Shown piece after piece: positions 53,805-62,491 of a DNA stretch of 64,000 bases. Every line of letters begins with the position of its first letter. Position 1 is the stretch's first letter. This DNA comes from a virus, in the IMG/VR virus record IMGVR_UViG_3300021963_004854, positions 107,567 to 171,566 of that record. One strand, written 5' to 3'. The translations under genes and the position numbers were made by a program. The notes beneath the pieces are model-generated. The model saw nothing but the letters and a program-made list of their open reading frames with translations. It did no database searches and was not told the origin of the DNA.

Positions 53805-53864
53805 TTGACATTCCCTACGAATCTGCTATTGTAAGAGAGTAGACAGAAGAGAGAACGAATCATC
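53805..53864 (+). promoter_or_regulatory. Early promoter cassette with inverted downstream GANTC
   Basis: TTGACA 53805, CGAATC 53818, TATTGT 53827, CGAATCA 53856. Confidence 0.85.
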
Positions 53865-54197
53865 ATGCAGAACCAGATTGAAAAGCTAATCGAAGATATC
53901 AACGCCGACTACTACGAATGGCAGTGTGCCGGTGGTAAGCCACGTACCGAGATTAACGCTCGTATGTATGACGAGTTTGTCCAAGGTCTCCGTGTTGAAG
54001 AAGGCCGTAAGTATATCAAGATCATCAAGCAGAACAGCGTCTGGGGTTTCATCCAGAAGGAAGACGATGCTAAGGGGTTCCGTAAGGGTGATATCCTCAT
54101 GGCGGCTAGCTTCAACGCACCTGCTCGTAACCGCGCTCGTGGTAACATCCTAGATGGTGGCTATAAGATCCAGTGGACTGGCCCACGTTACCTCTAA
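53865..54197 (+). CDS. Early phage protein
   Basis: G.KYIKI, SVWGFI, GDILMAAS..APA.N.ARGN, WTGP.YL. Confidence 0.8.
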   Translation: MQNQIEKLIEDINADYYEWQCAGGKPRTEINARMYDEFVQGLRVEEGRKYIKIIKQNSVWGFIQKEDDAKGFRKGDILMAASFNAPARNRARGNILDGGYKIQWTGPRYL

Positions 54198-54218
54198 GAA
54201 AGAAAAAGGAAATATATT

Positions 54219-54443
54219 ATGGATATGATTGGCTTTGATCAGTATTACCAGCACGAACCCAGCCGGGTATCGATGTTGGATACTGGAACACCAGAGAGCG
54301 CCCGAGAAGTTCCTTGTGACGGCTGTTCGTTCATGGATGAGTGTGCCGCTAAGGGTCTAGAGTGCGTGGCATTCCGTCAGTGGGCAGCCGATGGTGATTT
54401 TATGGACCAAGATATGGGTCGGCTTCGGAGGGCATTGAAGTGA
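54219..54443 (+). CDS. Small Cys-rich protein
   Basis: PCDGC....C.....C.AF. Confidence 0.65.
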   Translation: MDMIGFDQYYQHEPSRVSMLDTGTPESAREVPCDGCSFMDECAAKGLECVAFRQWAADGDFMDQDMGRLRRALK

Positions 54444-54661
54444 TTTAGGTTGCAATAACATAGGTTGCAGACTTAGAGCCGGGTAAGCCATAGTGAAAAT
54501 CTGGTGGCTACCCGGTACCACCTGGGGGTTTAGCACAGACTTGCTTTTTATTCGTATACCTGGTGCCTCCAAAAAAGTCTACTCCCCTTGGCAAAATTTT
54601 TCCGGCCAGAAAATTTGAACCTAAATAAGTCGTGGTGATGGTAATAAAGGAGAATGATATT

Positions 54662-54826
54662 ATGAATATACTAGAGCAAGACGCACCGTATTTTGATGAA
54701 CTCGTGGACGGCCCTGTAGGGATGCTACAGAATGCCCTCTATGAAATGGACATGGACGAAGAAGCCAACATGATTGAGCAAATTCTGTGGAAGCTAGTTG
54801 ATGCTACTATACTAAAGAATGCCTAA
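54662..54826 (+). CDS. Hypothetical protein
   Basis: AAGGAG RBS. Confidence 0.6.
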   Translation: MNILEQDAPYFDELVDGPVGMLQNALYEMDMDEEANMIEQILWKLVDATILKNA

Positions 54827-55353
54827 TGTTTATTCACGACAATGGTAAAGTATGCGTGTTAAGTGCCACTAGATGTGGGCATACTTCTATGTTTGAATAC
54901 TTCGGTATTAAGCCGTATACGAAGGGGCATAAAGACTGGCTTCATTGGATGAATACAAAATCGAGAAGAATTCTTGTTCTTCGTAATCCGTATGAGAGAT
55001 GGATATCTGCTAGACGATTTGATGATACGGATGAACTTAGAACTCGGTATAATACAAAATATACTAAAGAAGAGTGGCTAGAGATACACAGTAATATATT
55101 TCTATCATACATCGACCGATCGCTACAGTTTGAAGTAATCAAGTTTGAACGGCTGTCGGAGTATATTCCAAAGTCTTCTACTACTATCTCTACAGATACT
55201 AATACGTCACATCACTATGAAGTGGAAATTACACCTGAGTTGAAGCGTGAGTATTTACAGTATAGATATTTCAATAAACACTGTAAAGAAATTGACCCGA
55301 CCGAGTGGAAACTCTTGACATATGAGAGTGATAGTGGTATATTAGAGGAATAG
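54826..55353 (+). CDS. Sulfotransferase-like protein
   Basis: TRCGHTS (5'-PSB-like), LRNPYERWIS (3'-PB-like). Confidence 0.6.
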   Translation: MFIHDNGKVCVLSATRCGHTSMFEYFGIKPYTKGHKDWLHWMNTKSRRILVLRNPYERWISARRFDDTDELRTRYNTKYTKEEWLEIHSNIFLSYIDRSLQFEVIKFERLSEYIPKSSTTISTDTNTSHHYEVEITPELKREYLQYRYFNKHCKEIDPTEWKLLTYESDSGILEE

Positions 55354-55371
55354 TGATTAGGAGAATGTATC

Positions 55372-55974
55372 TTGGTTAAAGAGAGTGCAGAATACGAGAA
55401 TTACCTAGACCAGAATGCGCGAATGCAAGATGAGTATCGCATGTCCCTAGAGCATCTGGTGGGGGTAATTGATACGCCGCTTGCTGATAATTCTGGTAAG
55501 AAGAAGGTCGACCCGGACTTGTGGAAGGCTATCTATGTCCACTTCCGCAGCGTTGAGGATATCGTAGACTTCTCGAAACGTATCGGGTATATTGTCGGCA
55601 GCAATGTGAAGGACTTCTGGTTCCCCTTGGCGGATCCCCGGGCTGCGTTGTTTGACGATGGCCAAGTGCCATTGGAGAGTGTGGAGGAGACTCTGTGCGC
55701 TGCGCGAAAGGATAAGAACTTAGCTTCGCTTGAAGTAGAGGTAAATGAGACCGAAGACGTGGCTTGGAAAGAGCATTGGGTGGGGATGCCAGAGTTTGAG
55801 TATCTAGAAGATAATGGTCCCTATCGTTCGGTGATTGTGAAGTTCCGTCGAATTGAGGACTATGAAGAGTTTTCTAAACGTATTGACCAGGTGCTGACGG
55901 ATAAGTCGAAAGCAATCTGGCACCCGAAGCTAGAACGAACACCGAACTATCTGTTGCGGTGGATTGAAGAGTGA
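55372..55974 (+). CDS. Putative DNA-modification accessory protein with a duplicated domain
   Basis: I.V.FR..ED...FSKRI......W.P occurs twice; HWVGMPEF. Confidence 0.6.
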   Translation: MVKESAEYENYLDQNARMQDEYRMSLEHLVGVIDTPLADNSGKKKVDPDLWKAIYVHFRSVEDIVDFSKRIGYIVGSNVKDFWFPLADPRAALFDDGQVPLESVEETLCAARKDKNLASLEVEVNETEDVAWKEHWVGMPEFEYLEDNGPYRSVIVKFRRIEDYEEFSKRIDQVLTDKSKAIWHPKLERTPNYLLRWIEE

Positions 55975-56822
55975 TTGAACGTATCTTCATCCCCACAGTT
56001 AATCGTGCGGATAATCAGATTACATATGACAACTTGCCTGATGCGTTGAAACAGCGTGTCACTATGGTTGTTCAAGCGTGGGAACGTGACAAGTATCAAT
56101 ATCCATGCGACTATCTTGTATTGCCAGAAGAGATTAATCTGGATGACTATTACTGTCTGCCTAAGACACGGAAGATAATCTACGAAGCTGGTCAGAACAT
56201 GAAGTATGCCGTGCTTGACGATGACCTGACATTCGGACGGCGTAATGCAAAGTATTGGACAGATGCGTCCAACATGGAAATGTCGAAGCGCAAAGCTACA
56301 GAAGCAGATGTGCTGGAGATGTTCGACCTATATAGTAAGTGGCTTGACGAACCGACTGTAACAGTTTGTGGTTGTGGTCATGCCGAGAACCCACCACAGG
56401 GCAATGAGTATTCTAATAATGCTTCTTTGTCAAGTGCATTTTGGATTAATGGTAATGATTTCAAAGACTTACTACCCGAACTTGAATTAACTCGCACGAA
56501 AGTAGCAGAAGATACTGTTTTTCTTTTGAGTTTGTTGAGCCGTGGGTATGGCAATCGTGTAAGCCAAGAGTTTATCTTTTTCAACAATAGCGTTCACACC
56601 AAAAATATGAAGTCTACAATTTGGGATGAGCAAACGTTTGAAGCAACACACCGTGATCATAAGATTGTAGAGTCCATGTTCCCTGGAATTTTTACAGTCC
56701 TATATAATCATCACAGTGGAGAACGAGTTAAGGGTGGTTTCAGAGACTACGGCAAGACTCGCACTGACTGGAGTAAAGCGTTTGGCTCACATCAAAGAGG
56801 TAGTTTGGAGGATTTGTTTTAA
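55971..56822 (+). CDS. TET/JBP-associated (GREB1-like) DNA glycosyltransferase
   Basis: IFIPT..RA, R..I, VLDDDL, EDT...L.LL..G..N; C-term SLEDLF. Confidence 0.7.
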   Translation: MIERIFIPTVNRADNQITYDNLPDALKQRVTMVVQAWERDKYQYPCDYLVLPEEINLDDYYCLPKTRKIIYEAGQNMKYAVLDDDLTFGRRNAKYWTDASNMEMSKRKATEADVLEMFDLYSKWLDEPTVTVCGCGHAENPPQGNEYSNNASLSSAFWINGNDFKDLLPELELTRTKVAEDTVFLLSLLSRGYGNRVSQEFIFFNNSVHTKNMKSTIWDEQTFEATHRDHKIVESMFPGIFTVLYNHHSGERVKGGFRDYGKTRTDWSKAFGSHQRGSLEDLF

Positions 56823-57760
56823 TGTCTAACCCTAAGTATCCCGTTTATATCGTTTCTAAGGGTCGTGCCGATACGATGATTACCTCGCGGTCGCTTTGTC
56901 GTATGCGAGTGCCTCATTACATCATCATCGAACCCCAAGATTTGCAGCCGTATAAAGATGCGCTGACTAATTTCGGACTTTCTGGTGTCACGTTGCTGGT
57001 TGCACCGTTCTCCAATCACGGAGATGGTCCTGGTCGTGCTAGAAACTGGGCATGGGACCATTCTATCAGTCTCGGTGCAGAAGCGCACTGGGTCCTAGAC
57101 GATAACATTTCAGATTTCTATCGTCTCCATCGCAATGAACGTATTCGCGTGGAGTCTGGAGTGTTCTTCAAAGTCATGGAAGACTTCTTTGACCGCTATG
57201 AGAACGTTTATATTGCTGGTCCACAGTATCGTTTCTTCATTGCACCCAATCAAAAGTATCCTCCGTATGTCGCAAACACTCGAATCTACTCGACATTGCT
57301 GATTCGTAACGATTGTAAGCATCGCTGGCGTGGTCGTTACAATGAAGATACTGATATTTGCTTGCGTGTATTGAAGGATGGTGACTGCACCGTGCAGTTC
57401 AATGCTTTCTTACAGGGTAAAGTTGCTACACAGACCATCAAGGGCGGTAACACAGCCGAGTTTTATCACAAAGAATTCTTGGAAGAGGGTGAAGAAGTCG
57501 AAGGCAAGCGTTACCACGAGAAGGGTACCATTAATAAGTCACAGATGTTGGCTGATATGCACCCAGATGTTGCGCGAGTTGTCTGGCGTTATGGTCGTTG
57601 GCATCATTATGTTGACTACACACCGTTCAAGAAGAACAAATTGAAGCTAAAAGACGGTGTTACGTTGCCCGAGGGCGTCAACAATTACGGAATGAAGCTG
57701 ATTACACTGCCCGATGACGTAAAATACTCAATGAATATGGAAATTGACGACTATATTTAA
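56822..57760 (+). CDS. TET/JBP-associated (GREB1-like) DNA glycosyltransferase
   Basis: PVYIVSKGR, ARNW.WDHS, WVLDDNI, WRGRYNEDTD, KGGNT, RWHH.VDY. Confidence 0.78.
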   Translation: MSNPKYPVYIVSKGRADTMITSRSLCRMRVPHYIIIEPQDLQPYKDALTNFGLSGVTLLVAPFSNHGDGPGRARNWAWDHSISLGAEAHWVLDDNISDFYRLHRNERIRVESGVFFKVMEDFFDRYENVYIAGPQYRFFIAPNQKYPPYVANTRIYSTLLIRNDCKHRWRGRYNEDTDICLRVLKDGDCTVQFNAFLQGKVATQTIKGGNTAEFYHKEFLEEGEEVEGKRYHEKGTINKSQMLADMHPDVARVVWRYGRWHHYVDYTPFKKNKLKLKDGVTLPEGVNNYGMKLITLPDDVKYSMNMEIDDYI

Positions 57761-58671
57761 GGCCAAGGGTCGCCGGATAGCTTCATTGATGATGCTACCT
57801 TCTCAGATTCGTATTTAAAACGAATTTTCATGATGTGAGAACCGTTTACAGCGACACCAATCGACTCATTTCCCTCTTTTGTCAGTGTAATTGACGTTGC
57901 TTTGATCAATTTTGACAGTTTTGTGTTATTTAATGGGTCAGTTGTGTCCGCTGTATACGGAGGTTTGCTACCTTTACCAGTTACTTTGATATATGGGGGG
58001 TAAAGTTCCTCTGCATCCATCCAATCACTGATAATGTAGTCTCTTAGAGCCTTTGTTTGCATAGTTGTTAGCTTTGCAAGTAAAGCATCTCTCAATTTTG
58101 ACATTATTTCCGAGCCTTTTTGCTCTGTTATTCTTTTAATAGCAGGTCTTTGTCTGATATAAGACTTTCTTACTGCTTTTTGCTCTGGGAGCTTGAGTTC
58201 TTTAACGATCTCATCTTCCAGTTTTTTATTAAGTGCTACCAATCCAAGTCCAAGTGACGTATCTACTGTTCCTATACCTGGATTTTTGAAACCAATGTCT
58301 CCGCTACCCTTTGTAGCTTTAGCTGATAGACCCAGAAAGCCGTTCGCGGGACCGAACGTGAATTGAACTAGAATGTCAGTTGGATTTTTCTTTTGATTTA
58401 CTTCAACGCCTACTGCGGAAGACATTGATCCTGGTCTTGCTGTCCAATAGACATTCTTTACAACACCAGAATAACTTTTAGTCTTGGCCCAACGAAGAAA
58501 CTCTTCTGCCATAGCTTCCGCTTTACCTTTGGCATCTTCCACCGCTTCTGGTGTAGATTGTTTTACTCGTTGATCAAATTGAACTTTAGCTAGACTATCG
58601 AACCAACCTTTATTGAGGACATAGCCAGTCCAAATTTCATTTATGTCTGCTAAAATTGTGTTTGCTGACAT
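57757..58671 (-). CDS. PD-(D/E)xK restriction-like endonuclease
   Basis: D.NE, NPTDILV......GLSAK, F.N.G. Confidence 0.65.
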   Translation of the reverse strand: MSANTILADINEIWTGYVLNKGWFDSLAKVQFDQRVKQSTPEAVEDAKGKAEAMAEEFLRWAKTKSYSGVVKNVYWTARPGSMSSAVGVEVNQKKNPTDILVQFTFGPANGFLGLSAKATKGSGDIGFKNPGIGTVDTSLGLGLVALNKKLEDEIVKELKLPEQKAVRKSYIRQRPAIKRITEQKGSEIMSKLRDALLAKLTTMQTKALRDYIISDWMDAEELYPPYIKVTGKGSKPPYTADTTDPLNNTKLSKLIKATSITLTKEGNESIGVAVNGSHIMKIRFKYESEKVASSMKLSGDPWP

Positions 58672-58694
58672 TTAAAGTCGTCCTTTTTTGCTTT

Positions 58695-58706
58695 TATTTA
58701 TAAATA
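58695..58706. promoter_or_regulatory. Palindromic bidirectional T4-type late promoter
   Basis: TATTTATAAATA gives TATAAATA on both strands between divergent genes. Confidence 0.7.
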
Positions 58707-58711
58707 AGAGT

Positions 58712-58999
58712 ATGACTTACGATGTTATATTTAAATTAATAGGAGACGTTGGTTTTCCAATCGCGGGTGCATTACTCGCGGGCGTCTTCGTATACTTTGT
58801 TATCAACTACATTCTTGAGAGCGTTGTTAAGGCGATTAAGGGGATGCAGGGTATTATCATGGGGTTAGACAACCGAGTGAAAACAATGAACCATGATATT
58901 ATTCGCGTTGATGCTGTTGTTAGTTCCGCTTTAGGTCTCAAACCAGACCTAGATAGAATCGCACGAGCAGACGGGAAGAATGACGCACGGAGGGATTAA
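58712..58999 (+). CDS. Small membrane protein (paralog of next gene)
   Basis: GFPI, TM helix, L.NRV..M..D.IR. Confidence 0.75.
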   Translation: MTYDVIFKLIGDVGFPIAGALLAGVFVYFVINYILESVVKAIKGMQGIIMGLDNRVKTMNHDIIRVDAVVSSALGLKPDLDRIARADGKNDARRD

Positions 59000-59265
59000 T
59001 GGATCCTTCTGTAATTGCAGAACTAGTAAAACAGTATGGGTTTCCTATTGTCGCCGCTGTGGGCATGGGTTACTTTGTTTGGTTCATCTATAAATTTGTT
59101 ACTGATAAATTGATGCCGTTAATTGGTGAGACGAATGTAATTCTTATCGCGCTGATTGACCGCATTCGTATGCTTGATAACGATTTAATTAGATTAAACC
59201 AGAAGGTGAGTGTAGTATTACAAATCAAAGAGGATCATAGCAATGACATTAAACCTAAAGATTGA
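58999..59265 (+). CDS. Small membrane protein (paralog of previous gene)
   Basis: YGFPI, TM helix, LIDRIRMLDNDLIR. Confidence 0.75.
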   Translation: MDPSVIAELVKQYGFPIVAAVGMGYFVWFIYKFVTDKLMPLIGETNVILIALIDRIRMLDNDLIRLNQKVSVVLQIKEDHSNDIKPKD

Positions 59266-59333
59266 GATCCTCAAAGTATTTACATTTGACTTAAATTTTT
59301 CTTCTGACAACAAAAACAAAAAGGAAGAGAAAG

Positions 59334-59783
59334 ATGCTAAAACGAGCGACGATGCTCCTGGCACTACTAAGTCTAAGTAGTCCTGCATTTGCGGACCCGA
59401 TTGTTCAACAGTTTAAATCACCTTCCTTTACTGGTTATGGGTGGTCTTCACATGTGCAGTCAATTGATTCCCAAGAAAGATCGAGAGAACAAGCAATAAA
59501 AGATGCAGAGGCTGCGAAGGCCGCACTAGCAAGAGCAGAGGCAGCAAATACGCCACTCGCTAAGTTTATGGCATTGTTTACCTCTCAGGTTTATGCCCAG
59601 CTTGCCACACAACTTTCCAACAATCTGTTCGCAGAGGGTGGAAATGCCAGTGCAGGAACTTTCAATCTTGACGGCAACTCAGTGAGCTATGTCAAAACTG
59701 GCACAGAAGTTAAACTAACAGTAGTCGATAAGAATGGTAACACTACGGTTGTTGTCGTTCCTATTGCCACTTTCGCATTCTAA
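59334..59783 (+). CDS. csgF: Curli assembly protein CsgF-like
   Basis: Signal peptide, QFKSPSF.G, F.....SQVYAQL..QL...LF; adjacent to csgG. Confidence 0.8.
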   Translation: MLKRATMLLALLSLSSPAFADPIVQQFKSPSFTGYGWSSHVQSIDSQERSREQAIKDAEAAKAALARAEAANTPLAKFMALFTSQVYAQLATQLSNNLFAEGGNASAGTFNLDGNSVSYVKTGTEVKLTVVDKNGNTTVVVVPIATFAF

Positions 59784-59792
59784 GGAGACGTT

Positions 59793-60617
59793 ATGAAAAG
59801 ATTAATTCTCCTTCCTCTCTTACTTGCAACTTCTGGTTGTGTTGGTGCGCTTCATCCTGCTGCCAATCAATCTTATCTACTACGAGAAGATGCAGAAGTC
59901 AAGCGTTTTGCTAATCCAAAATTATTTAAAAATTTACCTGAATTAGATGGACAACCTATACCCATCGCATTATATTCATTCACTGATAGAACTGGTCAAC
60001 GTAAACCATCTTCAACTCTTGCAAGTTTCTCCACTGCGGTAACTCAGGGTGCAGATGCATATCTGATTAAGACTTTACAAGATACTGGTAACGGTAAGTG
60101 GTTCATTCCTGTTGAGCGTGTCGGCATTGACTCGCTAATTAAAGAACGTCAACTTGTTCGCCAGATGCGTGAACAGATTTCGGGTGAAGGTGCTGAACCT
60201 CTGCCACCACTAAAGGTTGCCGGTATCATTCTTGAGGGTGGTATCATTGATTATAACTCTAACATTAAAACTGGTGGTACTGGTGCTAGATTCCTTGGCA
60301 TCGGTCCATATCAACAATACACTCAAGACCAAGTTACAATAAGCATTCGTCTGGTTTCTGTCCAAACTGGCGAAGTTCTCAATTCAGTTACAGTAGAAAA
60401 GACTGTTCTTTCTACATCTGAGGGTGTTACTGCTTTTAAATTCTTCGACATGGCAACTAAAGCGTTTGAATTTGATGGACAACAAACAAGTAATGAAGCA
60501 GGTAGTTATGCGATCCGTTCAGCCATAGAAACGGCCGTTGTTGAGTTGATCAAGGATGGTGAGAAGAAAAATCTATGGAGATTCAAACAAAAGGAAACGA
60601 CCAATGAAACTGAGTAA
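59793..60617 (+). CDS. csgG: Curli secretion channel CsgG
   Basis: Lipobox TSGC; Y.F.D.TGQRKP, FSTAVTQG, WF..VER, EGGII.Y, GG.GAR.LGIG. Confidence 0.93.
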   Translation: MKRLILLPLLLATSGCVGALHPAANQSYLLREDAEVKRFANPKLFKNLPELDGQPIPIALYSFTDRTGQRKPSSTLASFSTAVTQGADAYLIKTLQDTGNGKWFIPVERVGIDSLIKERQLVRQMREQISGEGAEPLPPLKVAGIILEGGIIDYNSNIKTGGTGARFLGIGPYQQYTQDQVTISIRLVSVQTGEVLNSVTVEKTVLSTSEGVTAFKFFDMATKAFEFDGQQTSNEAGSYAIRSAIETAVVELIKDGEKKNLWRFKQKETTNETE

Positions 60618-61377
60618 GTTTTTATTAGTTGGTGCGGCTCTTTGTTATGGAACATCTGCGACCGCGCAAACTGTGCTACCAACAGCACCGACACCACCAT
60701 CAATCGTAACAACTTCGCCAAATGAAACAGATGCGAATGCTGTTGCAACAACAAATAAGGTATACATAGATCAAGAAGGTGGAAACGTAGATGTTAACAT
60801 TGTTCAAACTGGCACTGCTAACGTCATCGGTTCTGCTATTGATCCTATTTACCTACGTGGTGATAACCAAAGCGTCATCGCGGTTCAAACAGGAAATGGA
60901 AACCAGCTTTACATGGGTATCGTATCCGATACGGGAGCCTTAGGTATTGCTGATGTGACAATCCGTCAAATCGGCGATCTGAATACGGCGGATATTCGTT
61001 GTGGAACATTGCAAACGGATTCGTCATGTAATCAACTTGATATGAATGCTAGATTTACTGGCAACAATAACTCGTTTGTTTTCCATGGTTCGGGTGCTAA
61101 TATCCGTAACTCAATGGATTTCAGTGGTAACAATAACACAATCAACATGGATGCACTATCACCAAATGCGTCACAAACTATTCTGGTGACAGGTAACTAT
61201 AATGACTTTGATGTTACGCAAACTGGTACTGGCGGAACATTCGGTCACTCGCTTTATGTTAATCTGACAGGTTCACTAAACACTGTAACGACTCAACAGT
61301 ATGGTGTTTCTGAAACTGTGATCAATATTAACAGCGTGGGATCAAATGGTGTCTTCAATATCAAGACTGGTCACTAA
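60604..61377 (+). CDS. Secreted curlin-repeat (CsgA/B-like) protein
   Basis: Signal peptide; repeated x-Q-x-G-x-x-N units. Confidence 0.75.
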   Translation: MKLSKFLLVGAALCYGTSATAQTVLPTAPTPPSIVTTSPNETDANAVATTNKVYIDQEGGNVDVNIVQTGTANVIGSAIDPIYLRGDNQSVIAVQTGNGNQLYMGIVSDTGALGIADVTIRQIGDLNTADIRCGTLQTDSSCNQLDMNARFTGNNNSFVFHGSGANIRNSMDFSGNNNTINMDALSPNASQTILVTGNYNDFDVTQTGTGGTFGHSLYVNLTGSLNTVTTQQYGVSETVININSVGSNGVFNIKTGH

Positions 61378-62491
61378 ACTCTTACTGATATTTCTGTTAT
61401 CGACCCCTGCCTTTGCGGGTATTGGGTCGATAACAGATTTCAGAGGCGGTGGTGCTATTAAGCGTGGCGCTAAGACTACTCCTGCATCTAAGGGTGCGGG
61501 CGTTGAAAAGATGGACACGGTTTCCACGAATAGTCAAGGTAGATTTAGGATTACATTCAATGACTCGACTACAGTTAATATTACAGAAAACTCTCGCCTT
61601 CTTGTGGATGACTTTGTGTATGATGGGGGAGGGAAGACGAAGGGCAAACTTGGACTTCGGGTCGCGCTTGGCACCGTCAGATATACCTCAGGTAAAATCG
61701 CCCACGGTAACGGAAAAGGCGTAAACATTCGCACACCAACTGCTACTATCGCAGTTCGTGGCACAGACTTTGTTATGTCGGTTGATGAAGCAGGTCGTTC
61801 TACGGTCGTGCTTGTTCCCGAATGTTATAACGAATTAGACATTACCAAACAGACGGCTGAATGTCCTAATGGTATGATTGATGTTATTACAGCATCGGGC
61901 GTGGTTACGCTAAGTCAACCATTCCAAGCAACTGTTGTTGAAAATAACTTCGCGCCACCTGCACCACCAGTAATCATTAATCCTTTGATTAAGACACTAG
62001 ATAACAATGTTCAAATTGTTCCGTTGGAAACAGATGATGGTCAAAGTCTCTTACAACTTGCCAGAGATAGCTTAAAGAAATTTACCAATCCTGCAAAAGC
62101 TGCCTCGGACGATAACAAAGACCCAGATGCTGGTACAAACGATAACGTAGAACAAGTTACGGTTGCTATGCTTCGACCAGCAACCCCGCAAGAACTTCTA
62201 GATGTTTATGCTGAATTCAATGAGGGCAGTAAACCAGCGGAAACAATTTATACTAATGTATCACCAACATTCAAGAAGAACGTTCAGGTTGGTTGGGTAT
62301 ATACTCGATTATCAGATGACAAACAACAAGCAATTACTATCTGGTTAGAAAAAGGAACAGAAGCACAAGTTGTATCTGTTCAAAATGGATTAGTTGATGT
62401 TTACAACTTTATGGACGATAAGTGGACAACATCGGGAACTGGTAGACCACAGGGCAATATCACAGTGATGCAAGAAACAGGTGCAAGATGA
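61346..62491 (+). CDS. FecR-domain periplasmic protein
   Basis: D.V.T......I.F.D.T.V.ITENS.L..D.F.YD, TPTATIAVRGTDF. Confidence 0.85.
   Translation: MVSSISRLVTKLLLIFLLSTPAFAGIGSITDFRGGGAIKRGAKTTPASKGAGVEKMDTVSTNSQGRFRITFNDSTTVNITENSRLLVDDFVYDGGGKTKGKLGLRVALGTVRYTSGKIAHGNGKGVNIRTPTATIAVRGTDFVMSVDEAGRSTVVLVPECYNELDITKQTAECPNGMIDVITASGVVTLSQPFQATVVENNFAPPAPPVIINPLIKTLDNNVQIVPLETDDGQSLLQLARDSLKKFTNPAKAASDDNKDPDAGTNDNVEQVTVAMLRPATPQELLDVYAEFNEGSKPAETIYTNVSPTFKKNVQVGWVYTRLSDDKQQAITIWLEKGTEAQVVSVQNGLVDVYNFMDDKWTTSGTGRPQGNITVMQETGAR

Noticed and set aside
33174-54572. Long minus-strand ORFs in the early region (e.g. 33174, 41669, 42302, 47129)
   Set aside because: They are antisense shadows of + strand genes that have promoters, RBSs and recognisable motifs
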